From Chrysomallon squamiferum (taxonomy: Eukaryota > Animalia > Mollusca): DNA of 64,000 nt. Location of the stretch: positions 4,154,001 through 4,218,000 of the forward strand of contig CM022679.1 of NCBI GenBank assembly GCA_012295275.1, read 5' to 3'. The notes below the pieces were generated by a model, which made no database searches, was not told where the DNA came from, and was given only the letters and a program-made list of their open reading frames with translations. Positions 44,633 to 59,541 of the stretch are shown piece after piece. The translations under genes were made by a program, and so were the position numbers. Position 1 is the stretch's first letter. The number at the start of each line of letters is the position of its first letter.

Positions 44633-44986
44633 TAAAATGAAATATAATAAACAATAAAAGGAAAACAAGATAAAAACACAAGATTGATTAGACTCCCCCA
44701 CAAACACTGGCGATATCTTAAAAAAAAAAAAATACAACAACCAAAAACAACAAGAACAACAACAACACAAAGGCACATGCAGTGTTCTGAGACAAGTGTT
44801 TTAACACAGCGACCCGAGCCTCTCTTGGGCAAGTGTTTTGCGCCTACGACGACTGTGTCTGATCCAGTAACAGGACAGAAACGAGAACGAAAGCCGAACT
44901 GTATGCGATTTAATTCTGATTTTCCGTGACGCAACGGTCTTTTAATTATTTCCCAAGAGATTCGTTCCGGGCATTCCCTTTCCTAG

Positions 44987-45007
44987 GAGACGTCGCTGGA
45001 ATATCAA
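44987..45007 (+). other. Candidate 21-nt microexon
   Basis: Pattern TTCCCTTTCCTAG|GAGACGTCGCTGGAATATCAA|GTAAGT. Branch-point-like TTTAAT at 44941-44946; length divisible by 3; no internal stop in any frame. Confidence 0.3.
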
Positions 45008-45181
45008 GTAAGTAAAACACATTAGTTTGTTGATGTATTAGGCTTGGATAATTAGCAGTCTGCAGAAACGTAATAAATAAATAAAAATTGAAAAAAAAGA
45101 GATGAACAAACTGGAAACGAAAACAAAACATAAATACAAACTGAATCTTCCTCATCACGAACTCTCTCGACTAAGAATCAC

Positions 45182-45235
<54 letters not shown>

Positions 45236-46406
45236 GTTTATCTACATATCTATCTATCTCTTTTTTTTTCTTTTTCTCCTGACCTCTTTCTCTCGATTTC
45301 CACTCTTTGTATTACTAGTTAACGTCCAACAACAGAAAATATAGAATCATTACAGAATCATTAAACATTGCCACTCTTATTATTTTTACGTATGTTCTGA
45401 AGATTGGATTTTCCCAAATAAACCGCTGCAAAGATAAGGACGTATAAAATATATTTTGCACATCATGATCTTGACATTTATTTTAAATAAACTAGAATTA
45501 AATAACAAAATACAGTTTAACTGTTTCTAATTATACATTCTTTTTAACTTGTGTTCTGTTTCTCGTAATAAAATAATAATAGGACTTCTTTTGCATCCTG
45601 TTTTCTTTGTTCCTTTTTATATGTGTTTTTGTATAATAATAATAATAATAGTAATGATAATGATGATGATTATAAAGTACTGTATGAATATTATTCCATG
45701 TTTTCTTCGAAACTTAGATTTGTAGATTTTATGATATGATAAAATGAGTTAATGAAGTAAAACCTAACGGAAAAAAAAAAAAAAAATAATAATAATAATA
45801 AGAAGAAAATGATCATTAATTGACACCAGTTTTCGTAAATCTAGTTTTAAACTGAGTCACGATTCTTGAAAGTGACTGTGAAATTATGAAAAGTCTAAAA
45901 ATCAATAAATCATTGAGAGGTTCCGCCCACGGAAAACACCAGACTGTTACGACAAAGAAAGTCTTTCAGTCGGATGTGAGTTATTTGTTAGTTTCGTTTT
46001 GTCTCAATAATTTATTCCTTTTCATTTCTTCTTATTTAGTATTATTATTTATCATTTCATTTCATTTTATTTTATGTACAATTGTGAGAAGTTTGTTTAA
46101 TGCATTTCGTGTCAGTGCACGTTATATTTCTTCATCCTGAAAAAAAAAACAAAAAATATGCACGAATACAAGGACGTATATGCACGTACATATGTATGCA
46201 CGTACGTACGTACGAATATATAAATACTCAAACAATAAAACAACAGTTATGTATGATCGATTGTTGACTTCGTGAATCGGAACAGATAAAAAGAAACTGA
46301 TATGGAAAACATGTATTTAGAAATATATCTGTGAATTCTTAAAACTTTTATTAATATGACAAAAACAGATACAGAGTGATGGATACACCGACAGACAGAC
46401 ACACAT

Positions 46407-46548
<142 letters not shown>

Positions 46549-47745
46549 AAATATTAAAATTATAAAAATCATTATGGACTCTTGATCATCAGTCTATGAA
46601 ATTTAATACCTGAACTGGACACAGATGTATATGTTCAACGAGAGAATTAAACAAAAGAAGTAACTGACCTGACGAAATAGGTAAATCTACGTTTCAAATT
46701 GTCTGACTGAAAATAATACAGATTATTCAAATTGTCTGAAATTGTCTGTATACGGAGACTGGCTGTCTGTAATTTCCAGAAGTAAATATACGAAAACAGC
46801 CTACAAACCATTTGTGTTTGCTTTTATCTATGTTGCTGGACAAGAAAGGAGAAAAGTATATTTGAGCGAAAAATCAGTGGATATTTTTATTTGCGTTTGT
46901 CTGTGTTGTTTCATAAGGATGAATTAAATACATCTGGCTGAAAATCAGTATACGTTTTAATTAAGTTAATTTGAATACAAATTGTTTACAGTAATAGTTC
47001 TCAAATCAGTTTATCGCCGCCTTGGATAAAGAGATTCTCTTCATTGTCAATAATTAAAAACCGAAACGATCAGTTCTGTGGAATATTCCGAGTTATAATC
47101 ACATCAGATTTCCGAACGATTCTGTACAATCGAGTTAGACTTCCAATTTGTCAATCATTTTTCTACGAAATTAGCCATTATAAAGTTCTTTTATTTTGAT
47201 TTAAAGATAAAAAAAAGAAAAAGAAAAAAAAAAAAAACCTTTAAGGACATTAGCCAAAATCTTATCAAAGAGAAAGTGATTCATTCCTACAAAAGGCAGA
47301 CGATCTGTCTTGACAATGAGAAATCTTTTGCAGTCTACACGGGCTTATTTGACATATTGTTATCGTCATCGCTTTATGCTCAGACAATGAAAACATATTA
47401 TTTTTCTGCAAATACATTAATATCAGCTCTTAGGAGAATTATTTTTGTTCAGCAAAAGATAAACAGATATTATGTCGTGTGTTTTTTTTCTGTTGTTGTT
47501 GATGTCGTTTTATTTTAAATTTTGTTTTTATTTTATAAGCGAATACGATGACATACGAACCAACAGACATATTTATATATATATATGCCATTTAAAATTC
47601 AATCTTTGTATAACCTATTGAAATTATTTGTTGAAAAAAACCCATCTATAACTTTAAATTTGCTAACAACCGTCTCGTACAGATAAATATGCTTTGAAAA
47701 ATATAATCTAAACGAATGGATGATGAAAGAATAATTTGTGCGATT

Positions 47746-47916
47746 TATGTATGTATGCATGTGTATGTATGTATGTATGTATGTATGTATATATATATGT
47801 ATGTGTGTGTGTGTATGTATGTATGTATGTATGTATGTATGTATGTGTGTGTGTATGTATGTATGTGTGTGTGTGTATATATGTATGTGTGTGTGTATGT
47901 ATGTATGTATGTATGT
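47746..47916. repeat. (ATGT)n/(GT)n compound microsatellite
   Basis: Directly visible. Confidence 0.95.
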
Positions 47917-48083
47917 TTATATAAGGAAATCACATCACATTTATTATTTGTTATATACGTAATGTATCGAAAATAACCAAATCGAAACACTGGAAAACAC
48001 TGATCTACCAATGTCCCAATTTCCGTATGATAGAACAAAATAATAATAGTAGTAACAACATCAATTATAATATCAACAACAGT

Positions 48084-48125
<42 letters not shown>

Positions 48126-48487
48126 AATAATAATAATAACACCACCACCAACAACAATAAATGTCCAAAATGTCTAAAGAACTAACAAATATATTTCTCT
48201 ACACAAACTGATGTTTTGGTTACATGGCTGTGACAAGAGATAAAATAAACAGGTTAGAGAAGATTGATGATGAATAGAAAACTAACTGATCGTAATGAAC
48301 TCGTGGCGACAGTCAGCTGTTTTCAGCCGCAGAACTTTCAGTGTGAACGTCCCAAGATTTATCTAACAGCGATCAGAAAACAAATACAGTTTGTTTGCCT
48401 TTGCTAAACTGTTTAACTGCACTCGTCATGTTTGTTTTATTTTACAAGAGAGATCTTTCATCTTCAAAAAGAACAGCTGAATCGATA

Positions 48488-48522
<35 letters not shown>

Positions 48523-48525
48523 ACA

Positions 48526-48563
<38 letters not shown>

Positions 48564-49715
48564 AACATATACATTCATATACAAGACATTTTAATACTAA
48601 CGCATACATTTTTATTTATTATTTATTTATTTATTTTGTTTTCTTTTGTTTTGTTGTTTTTGTATTATTTTCCAATAAAAAAGAAAGGGGTGAGAAGAAG
48701 AAAAAGAAGAAGAAGAAGAAGAAAACGTCGAAAAAATATACAGCAAAAAAACAAAAAAAACAACAAACAACAAGAATAAGTTAACGATTATAATACTATA
48801 AGATTATTATGACAAAAATGATTATAATGAGTAAAAAGGAGAGTATAAAAGCAATGCAAAAATCATGAAAAAAAACCCTCATTCTTTTAAATTAAAAGAC
48901 GATATATTTTGCTTCTCTTATATATCTATATATATCTGAAACAAAAACAAATTCATAAAGATTTTCATCGTCCATTTGTTTTTAATTTCAGGCCAAATAA
49001 CGAGAATATAATAAGATGTATTTTTTAAATGATAATGAAGAGGATTTTATCATGTTAATTTTTTTTTTTTTATTAGTACTTTGTTTCCCTTAATTTTGCT
49101 TTGAATTGTTCTTGGGCCATCAAAAGGAAACTGCTAGTGCTATAAAAATGAAGATGTATATATTTTTTTTTTTTGTTATTTATCCAGGAACTCTTTCCCA
49201 GTCAAAACAAATGTTTAAACAATCATAAAAGTTCTATTTTTATTTTTGTAAGAAAATGTGAATAGCTCAGTGGTTGGATTATAGGATATTATACAGGCCA
49301 TTAATTCTAGCATATAATCACAAGCTGATTTTACACACACACACACACGCACACAGAGAAACAAACATATATACACAGACACAGACATGCATGCATACAC
49401 GTAATCATACATAGATGTATAAATATATTATCACATTTATATACAAACGGTACATACACACATACATACGTACATATTATACATACATGCACACAACCAA
49501 ACACAGACACCCGTACAGCTACTTAATTAGACATTAGAATATGGAAATGGTAATAAGATGCAGGCGTATTGATTAGGATTATCAATAATTTAAATAAATG
49601 TCATGCTGTAGTAGAATAACTTAAATTTGCCTTGACGCATCACTTAAGTTTATGAGTGTCTGGTGTATTATGTCTTGCAGTTCACAGGGTTATCATTGCT
49701 CATTACTGAATATAC

Positions 49716-49765
<50 letters not shown>

Positions 49766-50056
49766 ACACACACACACACAATTTGACAGTAAGATCTTTA
49801 ATCTCTAAGTTATAGAAATCATGTAACAGTTACCCTATATTACTAAACCCTTATTCTTTTTCTATTACGAGACAAAATACAGTGAGTTAAGGGCTTTGTG
49901 TGTAGCATTACTGTAGCTTATGATATGAATTTTTAATGAAATCCTTGGTAAATAAGACCACAATCTACTAGAACGATATAATTATTGTTTCATTAGGGAA
50001 AGAAAAAGAGTAAAATTACGATAAAACCGAATTGAAAAAGTGGCTAAATATAATAT

Positions 50057-50136
<80 letters not shown>

Positions 50137-50172
50137 GAGGATGATAAATCTCCGGGACTATTTTCATTACTG

Positions 50173-50531
<359 letters not shown>

Positions 50532-50759
50532 ATTATGTGCATGTTTTGTTTATGTATATGCGTGCATGTATTTATAAACGTGTATTAAGGTTTCACTGTA
50601 AGTATATTTCTTTGTAAATATTAAAATACGTATTATTTTATATATATACGAAGATATCATGGAACAAAAACACAGAAATAATGACAGTACCATTTTTAAC
50701 CGATATATATGTTTTTGTTTCAGCGATGAAGCCACTCATTGAAATAAAAAGCCACTATG

Positions 50760-51180
50760 CAGTGCCAGAGCCAATCAGATCTCCCTCGAGAACGTGAACC
50801 AGAATTCAAAAAGTAATTCTACTTAAATAATCAGGAACATCTGGATTTCTAGCCATTACGGCAGACTCACACACAACGAGCCGAGGCCAAAGGAGAGCGA
50901 AGTCTACTGCCGGCTGGACAGAACTGAAACTAAAACATAACGCTGGTGGGATTTCTAAGTCCCAGTCGCTCGGTTGACAGTGTTCGGTTTACTTGCTGGC
51001 TCCTACACCTGGGCGACTTATGATCGCCACAGAAACAACACTGAGCGCGAGCTGGCGTCGATAGGTTATCGCGATCGATAGCGGCAGATCTACGTGATAG
51101 ATTTTTTTGACGGCTCTTGCTAGAAGGAAAGCGGTATCGCGCGGGTCTTTGGTTACCTCTGCTACAAGATCACGGAGTGA
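50760..51180 (+). promoter_or_regulatory. Putative promoter/TSS region of the signal-peptide gene
   Basis: GCCAATCAG (CCAAT box) at ~50770, then one of the most CpG-dense stretches in the window (~51040-51150). The sequence is microsatellite-free from here to the ATG at 51747. The exact TSS cannot be determined. Confidence 0.45.
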
Positions 51181-51691
51181 AAATTCAACAGTTTTGGGAA
51201 TATCTCTTGTAATTTAATAATGTGCTGAAATTCAACTAAATGAGGAATTGTATTTCCTAAAACACTGATACTGTTTTACGTACTGGAATGAAAATTTCGT
51301 GCTGACTACATTACATGAATGTTCGAGTGTGAAACCAAACTACCTTTTACACGTCGTTTGAAGCATTTGAATTACAGTTTTTACTGTGACTAATTGGAGA
51401 CGTTTAAATTATTCCAGATTTTTAAACCTCTGAAGTTGTTTCGAGTACCGGAATTTGGAAAATCACATTACGATATAAATCAGCGAAGCTCTTTCAACTG
51501 TTCTAATACAAAATTACAGTTATGTAAAATGTTGAAACTATTTCCGTATAGGAATTCTACTTTACACCGTTGCAGCGAATCGAAATAATTGTTTCTGGGA
51601 AGAAGATACACTACTTTCTAAACCTTTGAAGCTAATTCAGTCGTTCGAATGAGAGTCTACAGTGCCAGTTTGACTGTTTTGTTATTGGATT

Positions 51692-51736
51692 ATGAACAAA
51701 CGTCGAGAAAGTCAAAGTGTGAATTTTGTTGTCTAA
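51692..51736 (+). other. Upstream ORF (14 codons, MNKRRESQSVNFVV*) in the putative 5' UTR
   Basis: ATG at 51692, TAA at 51734-51736, ending 10 nt before the signal-peptide ATG. Confidence 0.4.
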
Positions 51737-51746
51737 CGCGACAAAG

Positions 51747-51819
51747 ATGACGATTCGAAAGTGTCAGCTTTCTGGAATTACTACGCTTCTTTTTCTGTTA
51801 CTCTTTATTACGGTTGCAG
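51747..51819 (+). CDS. First coding exon encoding an N-terminal signal peptide of an unidentified secreted or membrane protein; remainder spliced downstream
   Basis: ACAAAG-ATG at 51747 (A at -3) reads MTIRKCQLSGITTLLFLLLFITVA plus 1 nt. It has a basic n-region (RK), a hydrophobic h-region (LLFLLLFI) and small residues at the end (TVA). It ends exactly at a consensus donor CAG|GTAAGT (GT at 51820-51821), giving a phase-1 intron as is typical of signal-peptide exons. Confidence 0.7.
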
Positions 51820-52872
51820 GTAAGTTTCCTGTTTGTCTAGTACTTGATACGATATTTGTTTTATATTTAATATTAGTATACATTTAGTATAGACTGCATT
51901 TCATATAGCACGTTTATTGTTATATTTCGTTATAACAACTGGATAAGAGAGACATGAACAAAGGGGGGTACACGTTATAGACTAATGATTGATGTTAAAG
52001 CTGCATTTCATATGTGTTTCAAAGTTAACTTCAATAATTATATATACTTATGCAATAAGACGTTTATATACCTAGATATTTATGATTTTTTGTCTTTTAA
52101 TATTCATAATCAGTTTGATGGAGGTATAAACCGTCCATCCGTAAAAAAACGTTTCTTTACGTTATTAAAAAACATATTTTGTTATATTAATACTTTTGTT
52201 TCAACAGAGAATGCATGCTGTTGTTTTAATGTTATTGTTGTTGTTATTATTATTATTATTTGACAGATATTGCAAGGATGCATATACAAACAAATGATCT
52301 TTCAACTTATTAGCAATTTAAACAAAACCAAATTTAATAAAATAAACAAAATAAAAACTAATTTCTTAGATGCTACTGCAAAACATTTTGAATTGTTTTT
52401 GGATAATTTCTTGTTCTTTGTCCATCATTATACGTGTACACTTGTCTTTTAGAGTCTGTTTGTGGCGAGGTTTGAAACGTTTTCTTGTAGAGGGTTTCTT
52501 TATTTAATTTTTGTTTGCTTTATTGTTATTATTATTATTATTATTTTTTTTTTTATACTATTCTTTCTTTAATTCTTTTTATTTATTTTTTTCGTTCTTC
52601 ATTTTTATTTATTTTAATTCTCTCTTTCTAATGTTGTTTTGTTTTACTTTTTTGTTTTATTTTTGTTACTTTTGTAATTAATTTTTATTTTATATATAAA
52701 ATCTTTCGTTATGTCTTTTTTTTGACTGTTTATATTATTTCTTTTTTTTTTTTTTTTTTTTGACTTTGTATTTACTTCTTTTATAACATAATAAACCACC
52801 TTTATTATTATTATTATTTTTAAAAATTAAAAAAAAAAAAAAAAAAAAAAATTCAACTTCTAAAGATGCCGA

Positions 52873-52880
52873 TGACGTCA
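52873..52880. promoter_or_regulatory. Full palindromic CRE (TGACGTCA) in putative intron 1
   Basis: Exact CREB/ATF consensus; context ATGACGTCACGTCC. Function is untested. Confidence 0.35.
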
Positions 52881-54392
52881 CGTCCCGCTTGCCACCAATG
52901 GCATTAACGTGATGAATCAAACTGAAAAACCAAATTTAAATTAAACTTTTTTTTTTTTTTTTTTTTTTTTGAAAAACATTTTACTTCTTACCTCCCGGCG
53001 ATGTTTTACTAATGGCCTAAACATCAAAACTCCATAAAAGACAACTTTTTATTTCTAACAAAAAAAAACAACAAGTTTTTATTTTTTACGATATCACTAG
53101 TCACTTCCAGTACTGAGAGTGAAAAGACGTGTTGTGTCACAATTTCAAAGGTTACTCAGTGATTGCAGTAAATTCACTTCTAACACCAAACAACACCACC
53201 TCCGGCGTTCTCTGTCAACACGGCCGGAATCACTCATGACAACTCAACCCTTCAGTTGACAACAGCTAAAAGAGAACACGACTTTTGTAACAATTGGACT
53301 TGTTTGCTTCAGATCTAACTCACAACTCTTCTTTTTTTTCCATCAGAGCGGTTATCATTTCCAACTGCTCGCCCACGAATGTCTGTTTAAAAAAAAGTAT
53401 TGCATGCGCCTTCCCATAAAGCGACCAATTAAAAAAGATTCATTGCTGGTGAACGATCATTGAACAATATTTATATTCAAATATTATTAAATCCGACTGT
53501 ATTGTTTTTTTTTTTTAGTTATGTGGAGAGTTGGGAACGATAAACAGAAAACAATAAATAAAAGGGAAAGAAATTAGAATGAAATAGGTAAATAAAAAAT
53601 GATGAATAGAAGAAGAAGAAGAAGAAGAGGAGAAAACATTATGTGACCAAGACAAAGAAGAAGAGGAAGAAAAATAATAATAAGAAAAAATTATGTGACC
53701 AAGGCAAACACTGAAATATTTTACTGATAATTTTTAAAGACGCTATCACCTCCTCGTTACTTCTTATCACGGGTCTAAGCCTGTACAAACGAACTACTAA
53801 GAAGATTACTAAATCGACTAAACCGAACCCCAAACATTAACGCTGACTTTCACTTCTTCACCAAGCTTTCTTTTATTGACATCATTTACGCCTCTGTACT
53901 CTGGTGGCGTGTTTTCCTTGCGATAATGGAAGATGAAAGTAATTTTGGCAATAAATTAAACAAGCTGAATTTTAAAACCAGAGTGAAAGAACCACTCAAG
54001 AAGCGTTTAGGTCAAGTTTTACCTTTCTGTCAACAAATACAGAAATTTCGATAGAATGGGTGTTTGATAAAACAACTTTTCATAGCTCTGATTCCTACTG
54101 TCTCTGAATCGGTCGTGAATAGAAACGATATCACAAAATACTGTATCTTAGAATATTTTTAATTTAATTTTTAGTTTATTGTCCTTCACAGAATTAATTA
54201 GGATTAATTTATTACATGAAATTTTATATTTGTTTTTTAATTTAAAAAAAAGAAGAAGAAAAGAAGTCAGTGAAGAAGACTTTATGATGACATATGCGAT
54301 AATTTATAGCTATAATTCTCTATGGTAACTGACAGAAATGATTTAAGAATGTAATTTTGAAAACAATTAGCTAGCTTCTATGGTATTTTATG

Positions 54393-54499
<107 letters not shown>

Positions 54500-55362
54500 C
54501 TCTTCTGTGATTCTCTTCATTTTTTCTCTTTGTGTGTATGTATGTATGTATATAGATATGTATATTTGTATGTGTATATGTATATAAGCATATACATATA
54601 CATACATTTACACATACATAAATATACTGTAAGCATATGTTACACAAATTTAAACTATAATCATTTTATGGTGCTTGAGGCTTTATATGTTATATTTGTG
54701 TGTCTATGGTCGTTTTTTTCCCTTCATGTTGTGTTTATCATGAAAAAAGTTTTCAGTCTGAATACAGAGAAATAGATTTACATTTCAAAAACTGCAGCAG
54801 CTGACCATTTGTATCGACTAGCAACGATGAATATTTATTCAAATAATGTGGCTTTTGATACGTAAACAACATCTGGCTGGAACGGGAAATAACCCATTAG
54901 ATGTCTTAATCACCAATAACGTGTCTTGCTCTCAGTCTGTTCTCTTGTAGGTTCAGTAGTATTAGCAGTGATAATAGAAATAGTAGTAGTATTAATATTT
55001 GTAGTAGAAGTAATAGTAGATGTAGTCGTAAACGTTGTAGCAGTGCTAGTAGCAGCAGCAGCAGGAGCAGCAGTTACAATAAAACCTTCACTTAAACAGC
55101 GGGAATCGCAAAATGTCACGATCCTTAGCCAACTTTTTTTCGGTGTGTTTTTAGTGCATTCCAACCTTCTCGTTTCCTTTTTTTCATTATCTTTGCCTCT
55201 CTTACACACATTTATTATTGGCTGCGATTTGGTGCGGAACTATTGACTGTAATTCTGTGGATTTTGTTTTGATTTGTGACAAGATTATCGATACGCTTAA
55301 ATCGAACAAACCATTAGTGCACACATTTCCTTTTTACGCTGTCTGACTTGTCTTCTCTTATA

Positions 55363-55370
55363 TGACGTCA
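55363..55370. promoter_or_regulatory. Second full CRE (TGACGTCA) in putative intron 1
   Basis: Exact consensus within a CpG-rich island; context ATGACGTCACATCC. Confidence 0.35.
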
Positions 55371-56175
55371 CATCCGACTTCGAAAATCCCGTGAAAACTG
55401 GTTTCCGTTCCGATAATGGACGTAACGATCGCGTCTGCACATTTTTTTTACGCGTGACTGAGTGCGTATAGAAAAAAAACTGTTTGTAACGCATGACGTT
55501 TTGTTCCTGAGATACAATTAACGCAACGCCTTTCCGCTACAGAAACAAACAAAAAATTAAAAAATTGAATTATGTCTTCAAAACAAAACATTCTTTACAT
55601 GTGGGATCCTATTTACGTACAGAAGTGACCTTTATTCTCAGATGATGGTTTGTTACAAGAAGCCGCCATATTTACGTGTCCTAAAATTCGTAGGCGATTA
55701 AAAATATCGCTGATGCTGTCTTATTGGCTGATGCCCGTTATCAACAGATTGTTTCTTGTTATATTATTGTGATATAAAATAATTATATTAAATGCTATTT
55801 AATTTCCATCTTTTTGTGAAGTGACGTAAGATCGCTCGGTTACTGGGGTATTTCTCATAGACACTGAGAAGAATATATGACAACTGAATGTATTAAAATA
55901 TGTTTCTGATGTTATAGTAATAATGTTGAAATATTAAACCTTTGTTGATACAGACTCATTGTCTAAACAGTTTTGTATGCTACCTAAAGCAGTTATTGCT
56001 TTCTCCTCAACAGGAACGTTTCCTAATAATAAAGTGCAGTATTCATATTTTTATATTATATAATATTAATTTCGTGTCGAAAAGAGGTGCCTACGATTAC
56101 TTTTCCGTATCTAAACAAGAACGACTAAAATAATAATAATAATAATAATAATCATAATAATAATAATAATAATAA

Positions 56176-56206
<31 letters not shown>

Positions 56207-56796
56207 AAGAAGAAATATAAACACGATATTATAATGATTAATATATTTTACAGTATATATTTTTGTAGATTTTTATATTTGTTTGTCTGAAATACTTCTA
56301 AGTGGATTTCTTTTTTTTAACCCTTTTTTTTTTCTTTTTTGCATCATTTCCATAATTTATCATTAACAAAGAATAGTTTCAACGCAGAATAATAATTAAA
56401 AAAATAATGTCGTTTGAAAGTACAAAAATATATTTAATCTATTTTATTCCCGTCATGATTTTAATTTTATTACTGAATGAACGATCACACACCGAGAAAA
56501 GTTTCAAAAACGAGTAATTTGTCAGAAATCAAACTTAAACAGGAAGTAGAGTGCACCGTCAGAAGCAATATTATTACAACCAAAATCCGATAGAAATTTC
56601 ATTACTTTCATTTTGTTTCCATGAATATGATATCCAGATACGATGCCAGACATAAACATCGCTGTAATTGATGACGGAGGTTGATAAAAGCGATACGAGC
56701 TGCAAACTGATATTGTGTCGTGACAAAAATATATGGCGTTCTCGATAAATCGGATTCCCTGGAGTTATTCACTAGTTTTGAAAAAACGACCTTTCC

Positions 56797-56800
<4 letters not shown>

Positions 56801-56880
<80 letters not shown>
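56801..56880. repeat. (GA)n microsatellite
   Basis: Directly visible. Confidence 0.98.
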
Positions 56881-56885
<5 letters not shown>

Positions 56886-57770
56886 TTTGTTGTTGTCAAT
56901 AATAAATATATATATGTATATGTATCAAGATCTACCTGATCAAGGTTAGTGATAACTATCTGGAAGAACAAAGGGATATGGTTATTGTTAATTCTTATTC
57001 AGCCATGATGCTCTAGGACTTTAGGACTGCGTTACCATTATTGTTCTGGCTTCTAAACACTACATTATTAATATTTGTTATAAAGCTGTTTTGTCCTATG
57101 ACAGAACCTTCAGAAATGGATGTTTTAAACGTAACACTAATACAGCCATCTGTTAGTAAATTTATTATGAATGTGAGTGTACTCTTGTGTGTCTTTTGAT
57201 TTCATGTTCTCAAATATATATTTTTCGCAGATAGACGCATGTGTGTATGCCTCTATGTGTTTTGTGCTTTAGTTTGTGGGTGGATTGCGAGTGTTTGTAT
57301 AGACAGAAAGACATGTCTAAATAAAGTAAGATAACATTTCCTAAAGCTGAATTTTGAAGCCAACTTTTCTTTTGTTGCACTGACTCACAGACTACTGTGA
57401 CTACGACAGCCTCCACACGTATCACAAATAAAAAAAAACAAGAAAAAATAAAATTCAATTTGAAAAGATGGGAAAATTCTAAGTTAATAGCGACATAATC
57501 TCTTCAAAACTAATACCTGTCATTCTCGGTTAATATTTATTTACGTTTATATTCTAATAAGGACTTCCTGGCTGGTGCTTGAAGTAGATGTGCCAAAACC
57601 AGTTTTCGTTCTTGTGAAATTATAATAAGGGTGATATCAAATAATAATAACGATAATAATAAATACAATAATGATGATGAACATGAAGATAATAGCAATG
57701 ATGATGATGATGATGATGATGACGATGACGGTGATCAGTATTATAATAATAAATCTCCAGGATTATTTGC

Positions 57771-58028
57771 ATAACAGTAATAAACAAAACTTGAATACAA
57801 TCACTAGCAGCATACTCTCACAAAAGACATATTAACACAATAAACTTAACTCCAGCTGATGACTGTAAAATGAAAGAAAAAATAAATCCTTTACACTTGC
57901 GTGATCTTAAGTTTTCTGCTCGCTTTTATTTTTCTGTTGTTATTAGCTGTGGGTTTTGATGTCACAAATCTGTTAACATTAATATGCGATATCAAATGAC
58001 TGGGACTCTTAAATGAACATTATCAAAC
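57771..58028 (+). repeat. Dispersed direct repeat, copy 2 (~258 bp)
   Basis: Near-identical to 50173-50429 and in the same orientation. Confidence 0.95.
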
Positions 58029-58760
58029 TTACAGAGAGAGAGAAATAAAGACAGAGAAAGAGAGAGAGAGTATACAGTTTGTCGTAATGATAAATATGCT
58101 AAATTCTTGTAATTATCATTGTCGTCGTTGTTGTCGTCATTTGTTGTCGTCACGATCTCAGAAATATTTCATTTAATAGTATTAACAATGGGTGGTTTCC
58201 AGAAATGGTAAATTTAATATAAATTAATGACTTAATGAACGATTACATTAAAAACATTCAAAACATAATAATAATAATAATAATAATAGTAATTGTATTA
58301 ATATAATATTGATGATGTTGATGATGATAATAAAAGTAATAATAATAATAATAATAATATATTAGTCATATCGAAAGCTATCAACACTGGATAATTACAT
58401 TTGTTTCTGAAACGGTTTATAACTGTCTATCACGAACTCCAGTGTGTAGAAAAAAGTGGGAAAGAAAACATTAATCATTTTGATAATGATCATCAATGTA
58501 ATTACACTTAAAGAAATTTACTTTTGATGGCGGTTTGCGTATAAACAGTATTTAATGAACGAGTCGAATGTGTGCGAACAAAAGTCGATGAGCCGATCTG
58601 ATAAAATCTTGCGAATCGTAGAAAGCAGTAAAAAACACGTCGGTTCACGCTACCGGTGCAAAGATCACGGAGAATTACTCTTTAAACTGAAGAAAAACCA
58701 TCAAGAATGTACAATATTTTATCGAGTTGGTCACGGTTATGCGGGTTAAAAGGGAGAGGG

Positions 58761-58792
<32 letters not shown>

Positions 58793-59383
58793 CATGCGAG
58801 ATGGAAATAGACATCCGGTCTCTTAGTGTTTAATTATGAAACGTCCGAGAATGTAAAAAAAAAAAAAAAAAAATATAAAAGACACGCCAATTCACGGCAA
58901 ACGAGTAATTCCGTTGCAAATTGAGTTCGTTGCGATGACTTCAATTTCGGCAAGAGGTTTAAGGGACATGTTTATTAGCGGAATCAATACAGAGCTACGA
59001 AGAGGCGTAGTTAATAGGTGTGTTTTAATATTCCAAATCAACCATTTCGGTTGGCATAGGAAATTGTTGAAGAATACAAGTATTTAGAAGAAGAAGAAGA
59101 AGAAGAAGAAAAAGAAAAAAAAAAATATATAGCCTGCAAAGTAAAGTATGATGGGAAATGCAAACATGTTGACGTAGAAGCACTGATGTTTGAACTTGCG
59201 TGTTTCCGTGGTCGATTCACGCCGGTGCTTTTAGTTGATGGAGTTGTGTGGTAAAAGGGAGAGTGAAGAATGGAGAAAGATGGAGAGGTTAAACAGACAA
59301 CATGAAAGGGGAAGTGGGAGAAAAAAGGGAAAAAGAAAATGTAAGAGAAAGTGACAACGGAAGAGAGGCGCGTGTCACTGGAC

Positions 59384-59541
<158 letters not shown>

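Noticed and set aside
51147-51170. miR-9-like TCTTTGGTTA
   Set aside because: Only the first 10 nt match, and there is no complementary 3' arm (miR-9-3p/miR-79-like) downstream.
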